Source: Octopus vulgaris (taxonomy: Eukaryota). Taken from it: a stretch of 64,000 nucleotides of DNA. The notes beneath the pieces were generated by a model. That model worked only from the letters and a program-made list of their open reading frames with translations. It searched no databases and was not told where the DNA came from. Where the stretch lies: contig OX597818.1 in the NCBI GenBank assembly GCA_951406725.2, forward strand, positions 45,136,001 to 45,200,000, written 5' to 3'. Below are positions 1 through 14,291 of this stretch, piece by piece. Every line of letters starts with the position of its first letter. The stretch's first letter is position 1. The position numbers and the translations under genes are program-made.

Positions 1-15
1 ACTGTTTGTCAGTTC

Positions 16-21
16 TTTATT
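16..21 (-). terminator. Candidate AATAAA polyadenylation signal of the minus-strand gene
   Basis: tttatt on the + strand, about 430 nt downstream of the predicted stop. Such hexamers are common in AT-rich DNA. Confidence 0.3.
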
Positions 22-453
22 AAGCAATTAATTTCTAATCAACTTTCAAAACCCGTGTCTTACCAAATATTCTTTTTTAAAAATATTCTTTCAAATCTCC
101 AGCAAAATAAAAATAACATCATAAATCAAACAGAATGTCTTACGCAGGTAACAGGCGAGTGGAAAAGCAATGAGAAGTATCTAATGGACTTGAATTTCTT
201 TTGTGTTATTATTCATTCATATCATATCAGCTATGTTGATAACTCAGTTATGTTAGAAGCATTAGCTTCTAACAACAGATTACTGATTTCGGTGTTTTAT
301 GACTTGTAATACAATCCTACTTTATACTCCTCTATTTAACATTAGCTACTGTATAAAATTGATATTATTAGACTGTGACCCTTCTGTGAGGATACAGGAG
401 ATTTAGTTTACTCGATTGGTGTAATGAAAATGGAGTTATTTTTGTTCTAATTT

Positions 454-563
454 TCACTTTGTCTGTTCCTTGGTAAAATATTTTGTATTCTGATAGGGTT
501 CAGGAATAACTGGACCGCAGCCAACTAGGTCAGTAGTTCCTAAACTGGCAAATGCTAGGCTCT
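454..563 (-). CDS. Terminal coding exon 3 (KSLAFASLGTTDLVGCGPVIPEPYQNTKYFTKEQTK*)
   Basis: Acceptor cattcttttaag| (weaker, AAG type). The carried A plus AG gives Lys and the frame stays open to TGA at 454-456. Confidence 0.55.
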
Positions 564-1119
564 CTTAAAAGAATGATTTGCTCTTTTACCCTTGTTTCAG
601 TCTTGTTTCAGTCATGTGACTGCGGCCATGCTGGAGCACCGCCTTTAGTCGAGCAAATCGACCCCAGGACTTATTCTTTGTAAGCCTAGTACTTATTCTA
701 TCGGTCACTTTTGCTGAACCGCTAAGTTACTGGGATATAAACACACTAGTCTAGTGTTTGATTGCTTTTGACCTGGGATACAAAACTTATGATCAAACAT
801 AGGTTTTATTTTAAATCTTATTAAGAAGTTCATGATAAAATTTGTGACAATTATACGAAAATATATGTGAACTAGAAAATAGAAGAAGTAATGTTGTGTA
901 ATAATTAATACTAGCATGTCTGTATCATTAAAAATTCCAGCAGTTTTATGAATAATAGAAAATGGCACATCAAGACAATGGGAGAAATCAATCATAAATG
1001 TCAGCTATCAAGTAAATATAAGTACAAGCACAGTTGAATTGGAGCACTCGGACAATGAGATATGGTTGTAACATCTCAATTGAAAATATCAACCATGTAA
1101 TATACATACATAGATATAT

Positions 1120-1816
<697 letters not shown>

Positions 1817-2271
1817 CTTCTGTGTGTGTGTGTGAAAATGTCTATTTTTCTTGTTCACATAGATCAGAGCGATTTCGTATAGCTGGGATGTTATTCCTGT
1901 TACCAACATTCCAAGTGAGATAATATTTCACTCAGACATGATTACATGGAAGATTGAAAACAAAGAACACCTCTTGCATGACAAGGATGCTTGCTTAAAA
2001 TTACTACCTGATGTCAAAGCAAGAAGATAGTAAAACAAACACACATACACATGAGTTGATTGTTGGTGCAACCATGTCCTGATGATCTTATGAGCTAGCA
2101 TTCTTTATTTCTATTGATTTGTGAATATATAATTAACTTGTATAATACATGCAGATATATATTGATGCAAACATGTAGGCATATATATATATATAAATGT
2201 TATGAGAACAATATTTTGAAAACAAAAGAGTGTAATATGTAATTTCATATATCTATATATATAAAACTCAC

Positions 2272-2344
2272 TATCTCCTTCGAGACCCTGCAGCAGAAGT
2301 TGACCAAAATTGAGAGTATGATAGAAGAAGGCTTGCTCTTCATT
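2272..2344 (-). CDS. Coding exon 2 (NEEQAFFYHTLNFGQLLLQGLEGD + 1 nt)
   Basis: Acceptor ttttatcttctacag| and donor |GTGAGT. 73 nt, phase 0 in and phase 1 out, compatible with both neighbouring exons. Confidence 0.75.
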
Positions 2345-2384
2345 CTGTAGAAGATAAAATTCAAATCGGACCATGTTAACACCA

Positions 2385-2600
2385 AAAATTATTTACATCG
2401 AAAAGGTGCTTTTTTTTCTATGAAAATCCCTATTTTTTACGACTTTTGACTGCTGTGTCACCATTTTTCGGTGTATTTCAACTGGAAAAATGTTCACTTG
2501 AAGAGAATAACAAGTTGCATAATGCAAAATTTTTACTTTTCAAAAATTCTAATTCTAAAGGGTCGAAACAAACCCAAGCAACACCGGGTGATACTGCTAG
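2385..2600 (+). mobile_element. Non-autonomous Helitron-like 3' end
   Basis: Imperfect hairpin cccaagcaacaccggg followed by terminal CTAG then T. The 5' boundary is uncertain. Confidence 0.5.
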
Positions 2601-3254
2601 TATTTATATATATATCTGTGTGAAATTGTTAAAGCAAATATTATTTATGATAAAAATTTGAACACTGACATCAGAGTAAAACCTCTCACTACACTTCATC
2701 TGCAATGAGCGTGTCTGACTATCACCCACTCTCACTCTGTTTGTCGTGTTAGTTTCCCTCTGCCAGCATAACCAAAGCGAAACCCATTGCATTTTATTAT
2801 ACATAAAATAAGACTAGTTAAGTATTAAGAAGGAACTTTTGAATACAAAAGGCAAACAGAACAACTAAGCAGAGACGTCGTTATAGCAACAAAGTAGAAA
2901 TGCTGTTGCTTAATTTAGAAGACTTCAAACTGCTTCATTAAGCATTTTGAGACAAATACAAAAAAATAAACAGCATGACTCTGGCTTGTGTCGAATGATT
3001 TAGAAAGTGAATCTTATAAACTGGAACAAATTCAACAGCTTTTAATGCTAAAGTGTTACTCACAAAAAAAGTATATATATCTAAAAATACGTGTAGCATA
3101 TTATATATATACTGACAGATCCAGTTTTTTAACTTTTAGCTTCTTTTTTTTCTTTATAATGGTGCACATGGCAGTTGTGATTGTGGTGGTGGTGTTTTTA
3201 GAAGAAAGAGTAAAACAAGATTTAGTGGAAGTTTGTTGTTGTTATTGTTTATGC

Positions 3255-3430
3255 TGATCATGGTGGTAGTGATGATGATGATGATGATGGTGGTGGTGAT
3301 GATGATGGTAGTGATGATGATGGTGGTGATGATGATGATGATGGTGATGATGATGGAGATGATAATGGTGATGATGATAATGATGGTTATGATAACAATG
3401 ACAATGAGGTTGATGATGATAATGATGACT
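3255..3430. repeat. (ATG/GTG)n trinucleotide microsatellite
   Basis: Directly visible. Explains the poly-Met/Val ORF. Confidence 0.95.
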
Positions 3431-3759
3431 GAATTAATTTCATCAAAATCAATAACAATAAAAAGAAATTTTAAAAAATTATAATAAAATGAAAATCATT
3501 CTTTTAAAAATAAATACCTCAACATAAGAGAAATATGCACAACAATATTATTTTAAAAGGTTCTCTGAATGCAAGTTAGATGGCTGTAGACATATAGAAG
3601 ATATAAATTATTATTTCTCAATCACAAATGAATACCAATAAAATTATAGAAAAAGATGTTTTTCATTTTCACAAATAATTATTTTTGAGAAAAAGATAGT
3701 ACTCTGTAACCTTTTTGTTTAAGCAGTTACCTAAGTTAAAATATTTAACTATTTTATAG

Positions 3760-4110
3760 ACAAAATGCAAGATATCCAAGGACTCCAAATTTGCCATCAA
3801 GATGTAGGACAAGATACTGCGATAGCCTGGGCTTCAGAGGTCCACAGCTCTTCAATATCCTCCTGAAGAACCTGAGAGACCTGCATGGGGTGGATGCAGA
3901 TGTCTTTAAAATAAGACTGGATCTCTTCCTGTCGGGTGTTCCAGAGGAACCAACTTCACGGCAGGAGATGCAGATGAGGGCAGCTGCATCAAACTCTCTC
4001 ATGCACCAAATGTAAATTGCTAAAAAGCATTCATGAAGTAAAATCATGTAGCAACATCGAATGACGGTGCTCCAGCATGGCCACAGCTCATGAGCTAAAA
4101 CTAGATAAAA
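3760..4110 (+). mobile_element. 5'-truncated CR1/L2-type LINE 3' end
   Basis: ORF2 C-terminus RGPQLFNIL...FKIRLDLFLSGVPEEP...SNSL, followed by a 3' UTR containing ggtgctccagcatggccacag. Confidence 0.75.
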
Positions 4111-5107
4111 ATGAAAAAAACTGAAAAATATTCATTTCAGTTACAATCTTATTTTCAATGAGTGATCTGAACAGCTTTGCTACAGGCTGGAGAAATGTTG
4201 ACAAATATCATTAGTCTACCAAGTAATATTTAGCTATTTGAGTAGAGAAATGCTAGACATTTTAAAATAAACAATACTAAAATAATACTAATGCGTATCA
4301 AGATGAGGGTTTCTCCAAAAGAAGTACAAAACAACACATTTCAATTAACTCTGCTTTTCATGATCCTATTTTTCTGCTTTTATTTTCAAAGCAATCAAGA
4401 ACTTGAAGGGATTTAGTAAAATAACTAACTTCTTTGATTTTGGAAAATAATTTCACAAAAGATTCTTACGTAAAATTACGATGGAATATTTTAATTTAAA
4501 TATGAAATCTTAAAAACAGGCAGTTTTTGTAAGATAGAACCAGAGGTAGTCTCAAGCAAGTTGATTGTCAAAGACATTGAATTTATTATATAGAAATTTT
4601 GATTGCAGAGATGACTTTTCTTTTTTTTTCTTTTTTTTTTTTTATTAAAGTTGATAATTTTATTCATTTAAATGTTGATCATTCTGAAATTAATAAATCT
4701 AACTTTTAGATTGATGTAGGCTTTAAAATCAGGGTGCAAAATAATGACAGGATGTTGACAGTTTTGAATAAATAAACTTCAGGTAGTGAGGTAATTGACC
4801 AAATAGTCTGACATGGTTCACAGATCTGGCACCTTGCATATGTCATGCTTCATTGAGGCCTGGCATCATGTTGAGCACTGAGTCATGCAGGGATCTGATA
4901 TATGCAACAGTTTCACATTTAGTTGCCTGCAAATTGCACAGTTGTACAACTGCTTCGTGAAAGGATTACAAAATGTAACTGAAGTTTCCTCCAAAACTTT
5001 TTTAAATTATGTAGATATATCTATCTGTGATATACTAGAACAGCCATCTCTAAGAGGTTAGAGTAGCTTCCACTAGCTGGAGATGTCACATAAACTTTAA
5101 AAAATTA

Positions 5108-5367
5108 AGTGGCTTCTGTGCCGTGGCACGTAAAAAGCACCAACTGATCATGGCCATTGCCAGCCTCCCCTGGCACCTGTGCTGGTGGCACGTAAAAAGC
5201 ACCCACTACAATCACGGAGTGGTTGGCGTTAGGAAGGGCATCCAGCTGTAGAAACACTGCCAGATCAGACTGGAGCCTGGTGCAGCCTCCTGGCTTCCCA
5301 TACCCTGGTCGAACCGTCCAACCCATGCTAGCATGGAAAACGGACGTTAAACGATGCTGATGATGAC
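5108..5367 (+). mobile_element. RTE-type retroposon 3' fragment with (GAT)n tail and long flanking duplication
   Basis: Ends ggacgttaaacgatgctgatgatga. About 85 bp direct repeat at 5023-5108 and 5375-5470. Confidence 0.65.
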
Positions 5368-6359
5368 ATCTTTATCTGTGAAATACTAGAACAGCCATCT
5401 CTAAGAGGCTACAACAAAAGTAGAGAAGCTTCCACCAGCTGGAGATGTCACATAAACTTTTAAAAATTAACAAAAGCATTGGTTTCTGGACATGCACAAA
5501 GATGACAGAGAACAATCAACTCTAAAGGCAGTGCTCCAGTATGACCCTGACATTGATGGCTAAAACAAGCTGAATGCCTAAATCACTATAGGCGTCATGT
5601 TACAATTGATGTTTAATGCATTTGTTATACATTTTATATGTTGGTTGTAAATATGAAAGACAGCGTTGACTCAATCACAACATGGGAGCATGACAATCTC
5701 AATTGTAAAGATTTATTGGATGTAGTTACTTAGCAACGCTGTAGAGTTATTTAAATGTACATGATATGTGTGTCCATGTGTGTGTTAATGTTTATGAATG
5801 TGTGTGTTATGCCTGAATCAAGCAGAGGCGGAAGTAAATTTAAGATGGCACTAATGCTGTTAATTCGGTTAATTTAAATTAGCTGATCACTTACAAATAT
5901 TTCCTTGAATTACTTTCATTTTCAACTGGCCACTTACTGAAGGTTTGCTCTGGTGAAACTGTAGATACTGGGATATATAAATATCCTTTTACTAGAATGC
6001 GGCCATGCTGGGGCAACACCTTGAAAAATTTTAGCCAAATGAATTGACACTAGTATTTTTTTTAAGTCAGTTTTGCAGAAGCACTAAGTTATCAAGCAGT
6101 AGTGTGAGACAAACACTGCTGCAAATACACACACACACACGATGGGCCTCTTTTCAGTTCCCATCTACCAAATCCACTCACAAGGGTTTGGCTTGCCCGA
6201 GGCTATGATAGAAGGCACTTGCCTAAGGTGCCATTTTATCATTAACCTTATGAGTTATAGTTTCATAACAATCCCGACTTCAAGAAAGATTTATTCAAAA
6301 TCTAAACTAGTAGAGCTTATGATATGAATGGAAATCTTTCTTTCTTTCTTTTCTTTTCT

Positions 6360-6600
6360 TTTCTTTTATTTGTTTCAGTCATTTGACTGCAGCCATGCTG
6401 GAGCACCACCTTTAGTCGAGCAAATCGACCCCAGGACTTATTTTTTGTAAGCCTAGTACTTATTCTATCGGTCTCTCTTGCCGAACCACTAAGTGATGGG
6501 GACATAAACACACCAGCATCGGTTGTCAAGTGATGTTGGGGGGACAAACACAGACACACAAACATACACATACACGTACACACACAGCACACACACACAC

Positions 6601-6653
<53 letters not shown>

Positions 6654-6810
6654 ACGGGCTTCTTTCAGTTTCCGTCTACCAAATCCACTCAAGGCTTTGG
6701 TTGGCCCGAGGCTATAGTAGAAGACACTTGCCCAAGGTGCCACACAGTGGGACTGAACCCGGAATCCATGTGGTTGGTAAGCAAGCTACTTACCACACAG
6801 CCACTCCTGC
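6360..6810 (-). mobile_element. SINE family A, near full length
   Basis: Head, internal TA/CA microsatellite and tail are all present. Further copies at about 582-745, 5990-6232, 11730-12190, 21368-21575, 28150-28600(+), 33140-33540, 38250-38750, 43970-44100, 49215-49620, 51990-52370, 54203-54650(+), 62220-62640. Confidence 0.9.
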
Positions 6811-7034
6811 TGATTAAGTATTTGGAACTGATATGAAAAACAAACAGAAATGTTTATTGAAGAATAGGCACATGTGTGGATGTGTGATTAAGAAGCCACA
6901 AGAACAGTAGAATTGTTAGATAAAGTTATGGCTGATGATAACCTTAAGGTCTGATGAGATTTTCTGTAAAGGTAAGTGCTTTATAGATGTGAAACCCTGG
7001 GTAACCTCCAAAGACCAGCCATAACTATCTTTAT

Positions 7035-7074
<40 letters not shown>

Positions 7075-8756
7075 CATATATACATATGTATACACGTATG
7101 TACATAGGTGTCTATGAGTGTGTAGGTCTGTGTCTCTGTGTCATGACACAACATGATGATTGTAAATGAAGGTCACTGACATATAAACAGTGTCATTCAT
7201 TTTTAATTTTCTGCAAAAATATGTCTTGCCATGGGGGAATATTAGCTTCCTTAGAAACAATGAAGAGTTGCTGACAGGAAAGGTATCTAGCCATAAAAAA
7301 TCTCCTTCAATAAATTCCATCTGAACCATGCTTGCACAGAAAATTGGACATTAAAATGATGATGATGATGATTTTAGAAAACAAGTGGTTTGTGAAAAAA
7401 GACATCTTTGTCAAGAAATTATTGTTAATCCAATTAAGAAAGTTTTTCTTTAATTTTTAAAATACAACTAAATTATAATTAGTTTTAAAAAAATAGTAAT
7501 AATAATTAGTCTCAAATAATCATCTCGAAATGGTCATGATTATAATTTCATAATTAAATACAAACGGTTTACGCTTAAAACAGAGACATAAAAGCAAATT
7601 GAGACACAATATCTTGATTTAGATGTCAAACAGTCTGGTATGTTTACCACTGAGGGTCATGTTCTACTCAGCAGACAAAGAATATAAAAATCTCAGCAGA
7701 ATTATAGCTGACATAGTTTACCACGTTATTTAATTGTAGAACAGTTTAGAAGAGAACTTTCAGCCACCAGACCCTCAGATTTCTGCACTGAGGTTTTGTA
7801 AGATAACCACCCACTGTGAAAATAGTAATTAACGTATATGATAGAGCCTGCAGAAACAGTTCAAACCAATCTTCATCATCATTTGGTAAGCTAAGAATAG
7901 AACAGTTGCAGGAAATGGTAGATGGTTACTCGTTTATGTTGCTATTAATAGAATGTGTTATAGTATAATATTAAAAGCATATTTACAATAATTGGCTCAG
8001 ATATTTTATATATACTTTGCAGCTGCATTGAATTTATCATCATATTTGTTTCCAATTAAATGTAGAAACATACACAGCATAGTTATATACACACACTTAC
8101 ACATACACACATACATACATACATACATACATACATACATACATAAGACATACTTACATGCGAGACATAAATATTTACAACTAGCACACCTACATGCATA
8201 AATGCATACATTCATACATACGCACATGCACATACATACATTGTAGACATATGTAAATACATATATAAATACATACATACAGACATGCATAAACACAAAC
8301 ATAACTACATATATGCATTCATGCATGTATAAATACATTCTAAATATATAGAGACATGTCTAAATAGACAGACATGCATAAGTATATAAATACATACCCA
8401 CATACATGCATGCATACATACATGCAAGCATACATACATACGTGCTTGCATACATACATACATACATACATACATACATACATACATACATACATACATA
8501 CATACATACATACATACAAACATACATACATACATACAAGTAAAAATATGCAAGACATTTCTCAAGTTCCAAATGTGAATTTGTCTGATAACTACATCCC
8601 AAAGATGGAGCTTTGTATCTTTGTTGGAAACTGGCTCCCTCCTCAGTAGAAGATTTATACAATTAAAAAATAGATGAGACATTCATACATACTAAAACTC
8701 AATATGAATGACTTAATAGTGCAGCCTTTACATTAGGGTGAGAAATTCAAGCTCCT

Positions 8757-9390
8757 TATTTATTTACTGCCCACAAGGAGCTACACACAGAGAGGACAAA
8801 CAAGGACAGACAAACGGATTAAGTCGATTATATCGACCCCAGTGCGTAACTGGTACTTATTTAATTGACTCTGAAAGGATGAAAGGCGAAGTCGACCTCT
8901 AAGGAATTTGAACTCAGATGAAATACCTATTTCTTTACTACCCACAAGGGGCTAAACACAGAAGGGACAAACAAGGACAGACAAACGGATTAAGTCGATT
9001 ATATCGACCCCAGTGTGTAACTGGTACTTATTTAATCGACCCCGAAAGGATGAAAGGCAAAGTCGACCTCGCCAGAATTTGAACTCAGAACGTAGCGGCA
9101 GACAAAATACCACTAAGCATTTCGCCCGACGTGCTAACATTTCTGCCAGCTCACCATCTTCCAATACCTATTTCTTTACTACCCACAAGGGGCTAAACAC
9201 AGAAGGGACAAATAAGGGCAGACAAATGGATTAAGTCGATTATATCGACCCCAGGGTGTAATTGGTACTTATTTAATCGACCCCGAAAGGATGAAAGGCA
9301 AAGTCAACCTCTAAGGAATTTGAACTCAGATGAAATACCACTAAGCATTTTGCCCAGCATGCTAACATTTCTGCCAGCTCGCTGCTTTTC
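8757..9390 (-). mobile_element. Head-to-tail trimer of SINE family B
   Basis: Three tandem units containing cccacaagggg...gtcgattatatcgaccccagt...gaaaggatgaaaggcaaagtcgacctc. Other copies at about 17318-17537, 32377-32608, 33292-33506, 34315-34733, 43425-43642, 47358-47588, 51612-51845, 52995-53225. Confidence 0.85.
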
Positions 9391-9904
9391 AAGCTCCTTG
9401 GACAGGATGAGGATTTCAGGTATGAGGAAGGAGGTGGCAGAGTGGGGAAACAAGAAATGAATGACTATCTCAAAAGAGTACAGAATATATGAACCATAGG
9501 AATCTCAGCCCACAACAAACATTGCTTGCAAAATATTTGCTGTGTCTTTCCTAACACCTAGATTGGGAATACTTAACTGGTCACAATAAGTTAATAAGAT
9601 GGGAATAAGAATTCACAAAATACTCTGGTTTACTGGAAATTTCAATGTCATTGGGGAATATAGATTGATTATATTCTCTAGGTAAGGAGGGAGGCTGTAA
9701 CCTCAAATCTGTTTTAATATCATAGAAGACACAACCTGAAAATATCTCCAGCAGAAAGCAAAACCAAAACCTGTCACAATCTAATCTATAATCACAAAAC
9801 TAAAACATTATGACAGCTAATGAACTTGAGGAGAGATAAGAAATAACAACTGACACAAATCTTTCTCCCATGAACATTGAAAAACTCTATTCAACAATAC
9901 TACA

Positions 9905-10700
9905 AACAATGTATGCATGCATGTATGTATGCATGCATGTATGTATGCATGTATGTATGTATGTATGCATGTATGTATGTATGTAGGTATGTATGTATGC
10001 ATGTATATATGTATATGTGTGTGTATGTATGCATGTATGTATGTATGCATACATGTATATGTGTGTGTATGTATGTATGCATGCATGTATGCATACATGT
10101 ATGTATGTATATGTGTGTATGTATGTATGCATGGATGTATGCATGTATGTATGTATGCATGTATGTATGTATGTATGTATGTATGTGTATGTGTGTGTAA
10201 GTATGTATATATGTATGTATGTACATATGAATGTATGCATGCATATATGTATGTATATATGCAGGTATGTATGTATATATGTATGCATGCATGTATGCAT
10301 GCACCTATGTATGTATGCATATATGTTTGTATGTCGTTATTCAATTTTATTTCAAGATTTCTTACCAATAGAGAAAGAGCCAGTTTCTAACATAGATCCA
10401 AGGCTCCTTCACTGGAATTTCAACATCAACAACAGTGTATTTTTGTATGCATGTATACGTGCAGATTTGTATGTTTTGTTTTATGTTTGTCTTCTCAAGC
10501 ATATATTTGCATATTTAAACATACTCATATATACTTAAATGATAAACGTCTGGAAAGTTTTACAGTTCCAGTGATGGATTGGATCAGTAGTCTTTGAATC
10601 AGCTTTCTCCTTTCTGGTTACATATCCCAGTATCCCAATACTTACAGGTATAAACCTGAACTTGTAATCTGTATGTATGTATGTATGTATGTATGTATGT
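9905..10700 (-). mobile_element. RLE (R4/Dong-like) non-LTR 3' fragment embedded in (TACA)n
   Basis: [18 protein letters not shown]... C-terminus plus the 3' UTR shared with copies at 23.1, 31.2 and 46.1-46.7 kb, all flanked by TACA/TATG repeats. Confidence 0.65.
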
Positions 10701-10797
10701 ATGTATGTATGTATGTATGCATGCACGTAAATATGTATGTACATGTATACATGCAAACATGTATGTATGTATGAATGTATGTAGGTATGCATGCATG

Positions 10798-10831
<34 letters not shown>

Positions 10832-11114
10832 TGTATGTATGTACATATGTATGTATGTATGTCTCATCTATTTTTTTAATTATCATAAATCTTCCCTACA
10901 GGAGGACTACAAATGACTAAAAATAGGAGAACACACATATATACACACCTACATGCATACAAACATACATACATGCATATACATATAACTCGCTAAGCAG
11001 TCTCTAGATTCCAATGAAAGCCTTCTGTCTAGGTTGAAGATTATCTTTTTCTCTATAGCAAGGAAACTTTAAAAATGAAATAAAAGGTACAGACATTGGC
11101 ATGAATAAATACAG

Positions 11115-11630
11115 GCTTGACTGAGTGGTTAAGAAAATTTACATCCCAAACACAGGGTTTATGGTTCAGTCCCACTTCATGGCACCTTGGGTAAGTACTT
11201 TCTTCTATATCTCCAGGTCAACCAATCTTGCATGTGGATTTAGTAGATAGAAACTGAAAGGAGCCTGTCATGTACATAAATTTATAGATGTGCATATGTG
11301 TGTGGGTGTGTTTGTGACTCTTTGACTTGGCATCGCATTGTAGTAGTAAATGGGTCTCAATAATGTACAAGGGGTATTGTCATTCATTTCTAATATTCCA
11401 TGAAAACGTTTTCCAGCCACAGGAAAACGTTAGCTTACTTGGAAACAGAGGAAGGTTGACAACAAGAAGAGCATTATAAATATGCCTCATCTGACCATTG
11501 CAAACATGGCAGAGTGGACATTAAAACGAAAGATAACAACAACGACGATGATGATGAGGATGAGGATGATGGTGCGAAGGAGGAGGAGGACAACGACGAT
11601 GATGTTGATGATCATGATCATGATGATGTA
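11115..11630 (+). mobile_element. Old SINE with family-A-like head and RTE-type (GAT)n tail
   Basis: Head ...ggttcagtcccacttcatggcaccttggg and tail ggacattaaaacga...gatgatgatg. Related body at about 7140-7372. Confidence 0.55.
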
Positions 11631-11934
11631 AATAACATTTTTTTTTAAAAGGCCTTTTGTATAAACATTAAAAATTCTTATTTACTCTCTCTTCAATTAA
11701 AGCCTTCATGCCTTTGTAATATATATATACTTTTTTACTTGTTTCAGTTATTTGACTGCGGTCATGCTGGAGCACCACCTTTTGTCAAGCATATCTTGTA
11801 AGCCTAGTACTTATTCTATCAGTCTCTTTTGCCGAGCCGCTAAGTTACGGGGACACAAACACACCAGAATCGGCCATCAAGCAATGTTGGGGAGACAAAC
11901 ACAGACACACAAACATACACACAAACATACACAC

Positions 11935-11977
<43 letters not shown>

Positions 11978-12191
11978 TATGTATACATACATATATATAT
12001 ACATACATAAATTATATATATACACGATGGGCTTCTTTCAGTTTCCGTCTACCAAGTCCACTCACAAGGCTTTGGTCGGTCCGAGGCTATTGTAGAAGAC
12101 ACTTACCCAAGGTGCCACACAGTGGGACTGAACCCAGACCTTATGGTTGGTAAGCAAGCTACTTACCACACACCCACTCCTACACCTATAC

Positions 12192-12236
<45 letters not shown>

Positions 12237-12984
12237 AGCATATTGTGCATGTAAGTAGAAGTGTGGATGCAGATAGCCTACAGGTAAATGTTTGCATCTT
12301 ATAGACCAGTGCATTACTGTGTTCATGGCAATCAGTCAATCCAACTGTAAATAGGCTTCATGTAAAAGTATTACAGCAGAAACACTGTAAAATTAAAGAC
12401 TTTTTAGATTGCAATGCTGAAATACTTCCATGACAACAGCAGAGAAAGTTGGATTTTTCAACATACATATATATAGAGGTGAAGTCTCCAGTGGCTTCCA
12501 AACAACATAACATGTTATCTGACTCATCATCATTTGGAAAAAATATTATGATTTTTATTTTTATTCATATATATATTTATTTTCTTTTTAGTAGAATAAA
12601 ACAAAAAAAGTTTATAAATTATTTTTCTTAAGTATATTTTCTTTGTTGCTTTTTGGTTTATCATTATTTTTTTTGTATTGTGTTTTGTTTCTGTGTTGTT
12701 TGGTGGATTTTGTTTAGTCTGAGGTTATCTTTAGTTTTTATCAGACTGGCTAATTCAGTCATGTAATTGTGGCTGTTTCATTTTGTTTTTACTTTTTTCT
12801 TTCCTATGCTGTTTCATAGCCATATTTGATCAAGGCTGAGTTGGGGTTAAATAATGACAAGACTATGCTTAATCACCCCCCAGACAAACAGACACATCTA
12901 CATCAAGTCAAAACATCACTACAAAGATATCCAAAGGATGCTGCTTCTTTCTCTATCTTAGTCCAGATACACCTAGAAAACATA

Positions 12985-13805
12985 CGTGGTCTGATCAATA
13001 AGTATCCGGACTGTTGCCATAGTAACGAAGCTAAAGCATGCAGAGTAAGGCCACTAACCTTGATCTCTGCTGTGTATGCACACTAAGTTTTAACGTTCTA
13101 GCTTACTTCTGCTCTTTACAGCACTGCTGGAAGGAAGGTGTGTAGCGTGTGATCGTTGCATTGATCATGTCAGAGAAAGTTGAGCAGAGAATCTGCATCA
13201 AATTTTGCCTACACAAAGTTTTCAAAAGGTTTTCATCGTTCTCGACATAATCAAGGAGATCTTGTCCTTTTGGTCAGCTGATTTGGCACAAACTTGGCAG
13301 ACATGCATCTCATACCCAAATCTTCAGTGATAATGGACTGAACTGAACTGTAGTTAATCCGTATATAACTCACGGATGGTGATTCGACGATTTCCTCTCA
13401 CAGCTGCACGTACATCTGCAATATTTTTCTCAGTTCTGCTGGTTGTGGGTCTCCCAGAACGTTTGTCAATATCGACATTTTGTCGGCCATCTTGGAAACG
13501 TCTGAACCACTCGTACACTTGTGTGCGGCTCATATACTCCTCTCCATTCACTTTCTGCAACTTTTCGTAGGCATCTGCGCAGGTATCGCCATGACAACTT
13601 TCTCTGCCATGGTCAACGGGACGATCACACGCTACACACCTTCCTTCCAGGCACTGCTGTAAACAGCGGAAGTGAGCTAGAACGTTGAAACTTAGTGCGC
13701 ATGCATAAGCAGAGATCAAGGTCAATCTTTGTTGTGCAACTTTACTCTGCGGGGTTTAGCTTCATTACTATGGCAATAGTCCGGATACTTATTGATCAGA
13801 CCTTG
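12985..13805 (-). mobile_element. Non-autonomous mariner derivative with TA flanks, long inverted arms and transposase N-terminal remnant
   Basis: TA|cgtggtctgatcaataagtatccggact ... agtccggatacttattgatcagaccttg|TA. Minus-strand HTH peptide SRTQVYEWFRRFQDGR...RSGRP...NRRITIREL. Confidence 0.85.
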
Positions 13806-14291
13806 TATGCTGGCAGGAAGTGGCAACAATTTCAATAGCTTGGATTCATAATAGTGATGATCAGTGCAGAGGAGCAGCAGTGGTCACATTTGGATTGAGT
13901 CCACCTTAGCTGCTCCAATGTGCCCCCAAACAAAATTTACAGGTCCACAACCAATCATTATAGCCAACAGCACAAACATATCACATATAGAAGACACAAT
14001 TGGTAAGAGATGCATACAGTACTTTGAGTTACATACAAGGAAGTACAAAAATACGTAAAGACAACACATTTAATCAATAGAAAGAAAGAACAGCAATGGT
14101 GTAGAATGTGACGGACCAGCGTCAATGAAAACGGGAAACCGGCCCTTATGAACCAGGCATGATTTGAGAAAGAACCAACAACAGTAATGGTGTATAAACA
14201 ATAAATGATTTAACATTATACCACCCCTGGCTTCGTCACAAATCTCTCTACAACAAACTATAATAAGCTACAAATTACATAAAACAATTCT

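Noticed and set aside
5895-5958. 64-nt AG/GT-bounded minus-strand segment in intron 1
   Set aside because: Inclusion would shift the frame between exons 1 and 2, and the acceptor tract is weak.
8757-9390. Regularly spaced repeats resembling a CRISPR array
   Set aside because: Units are tandem SINE copies of about 180-240 bp with no unique spacers and no cas genes, in eukaryotic context.
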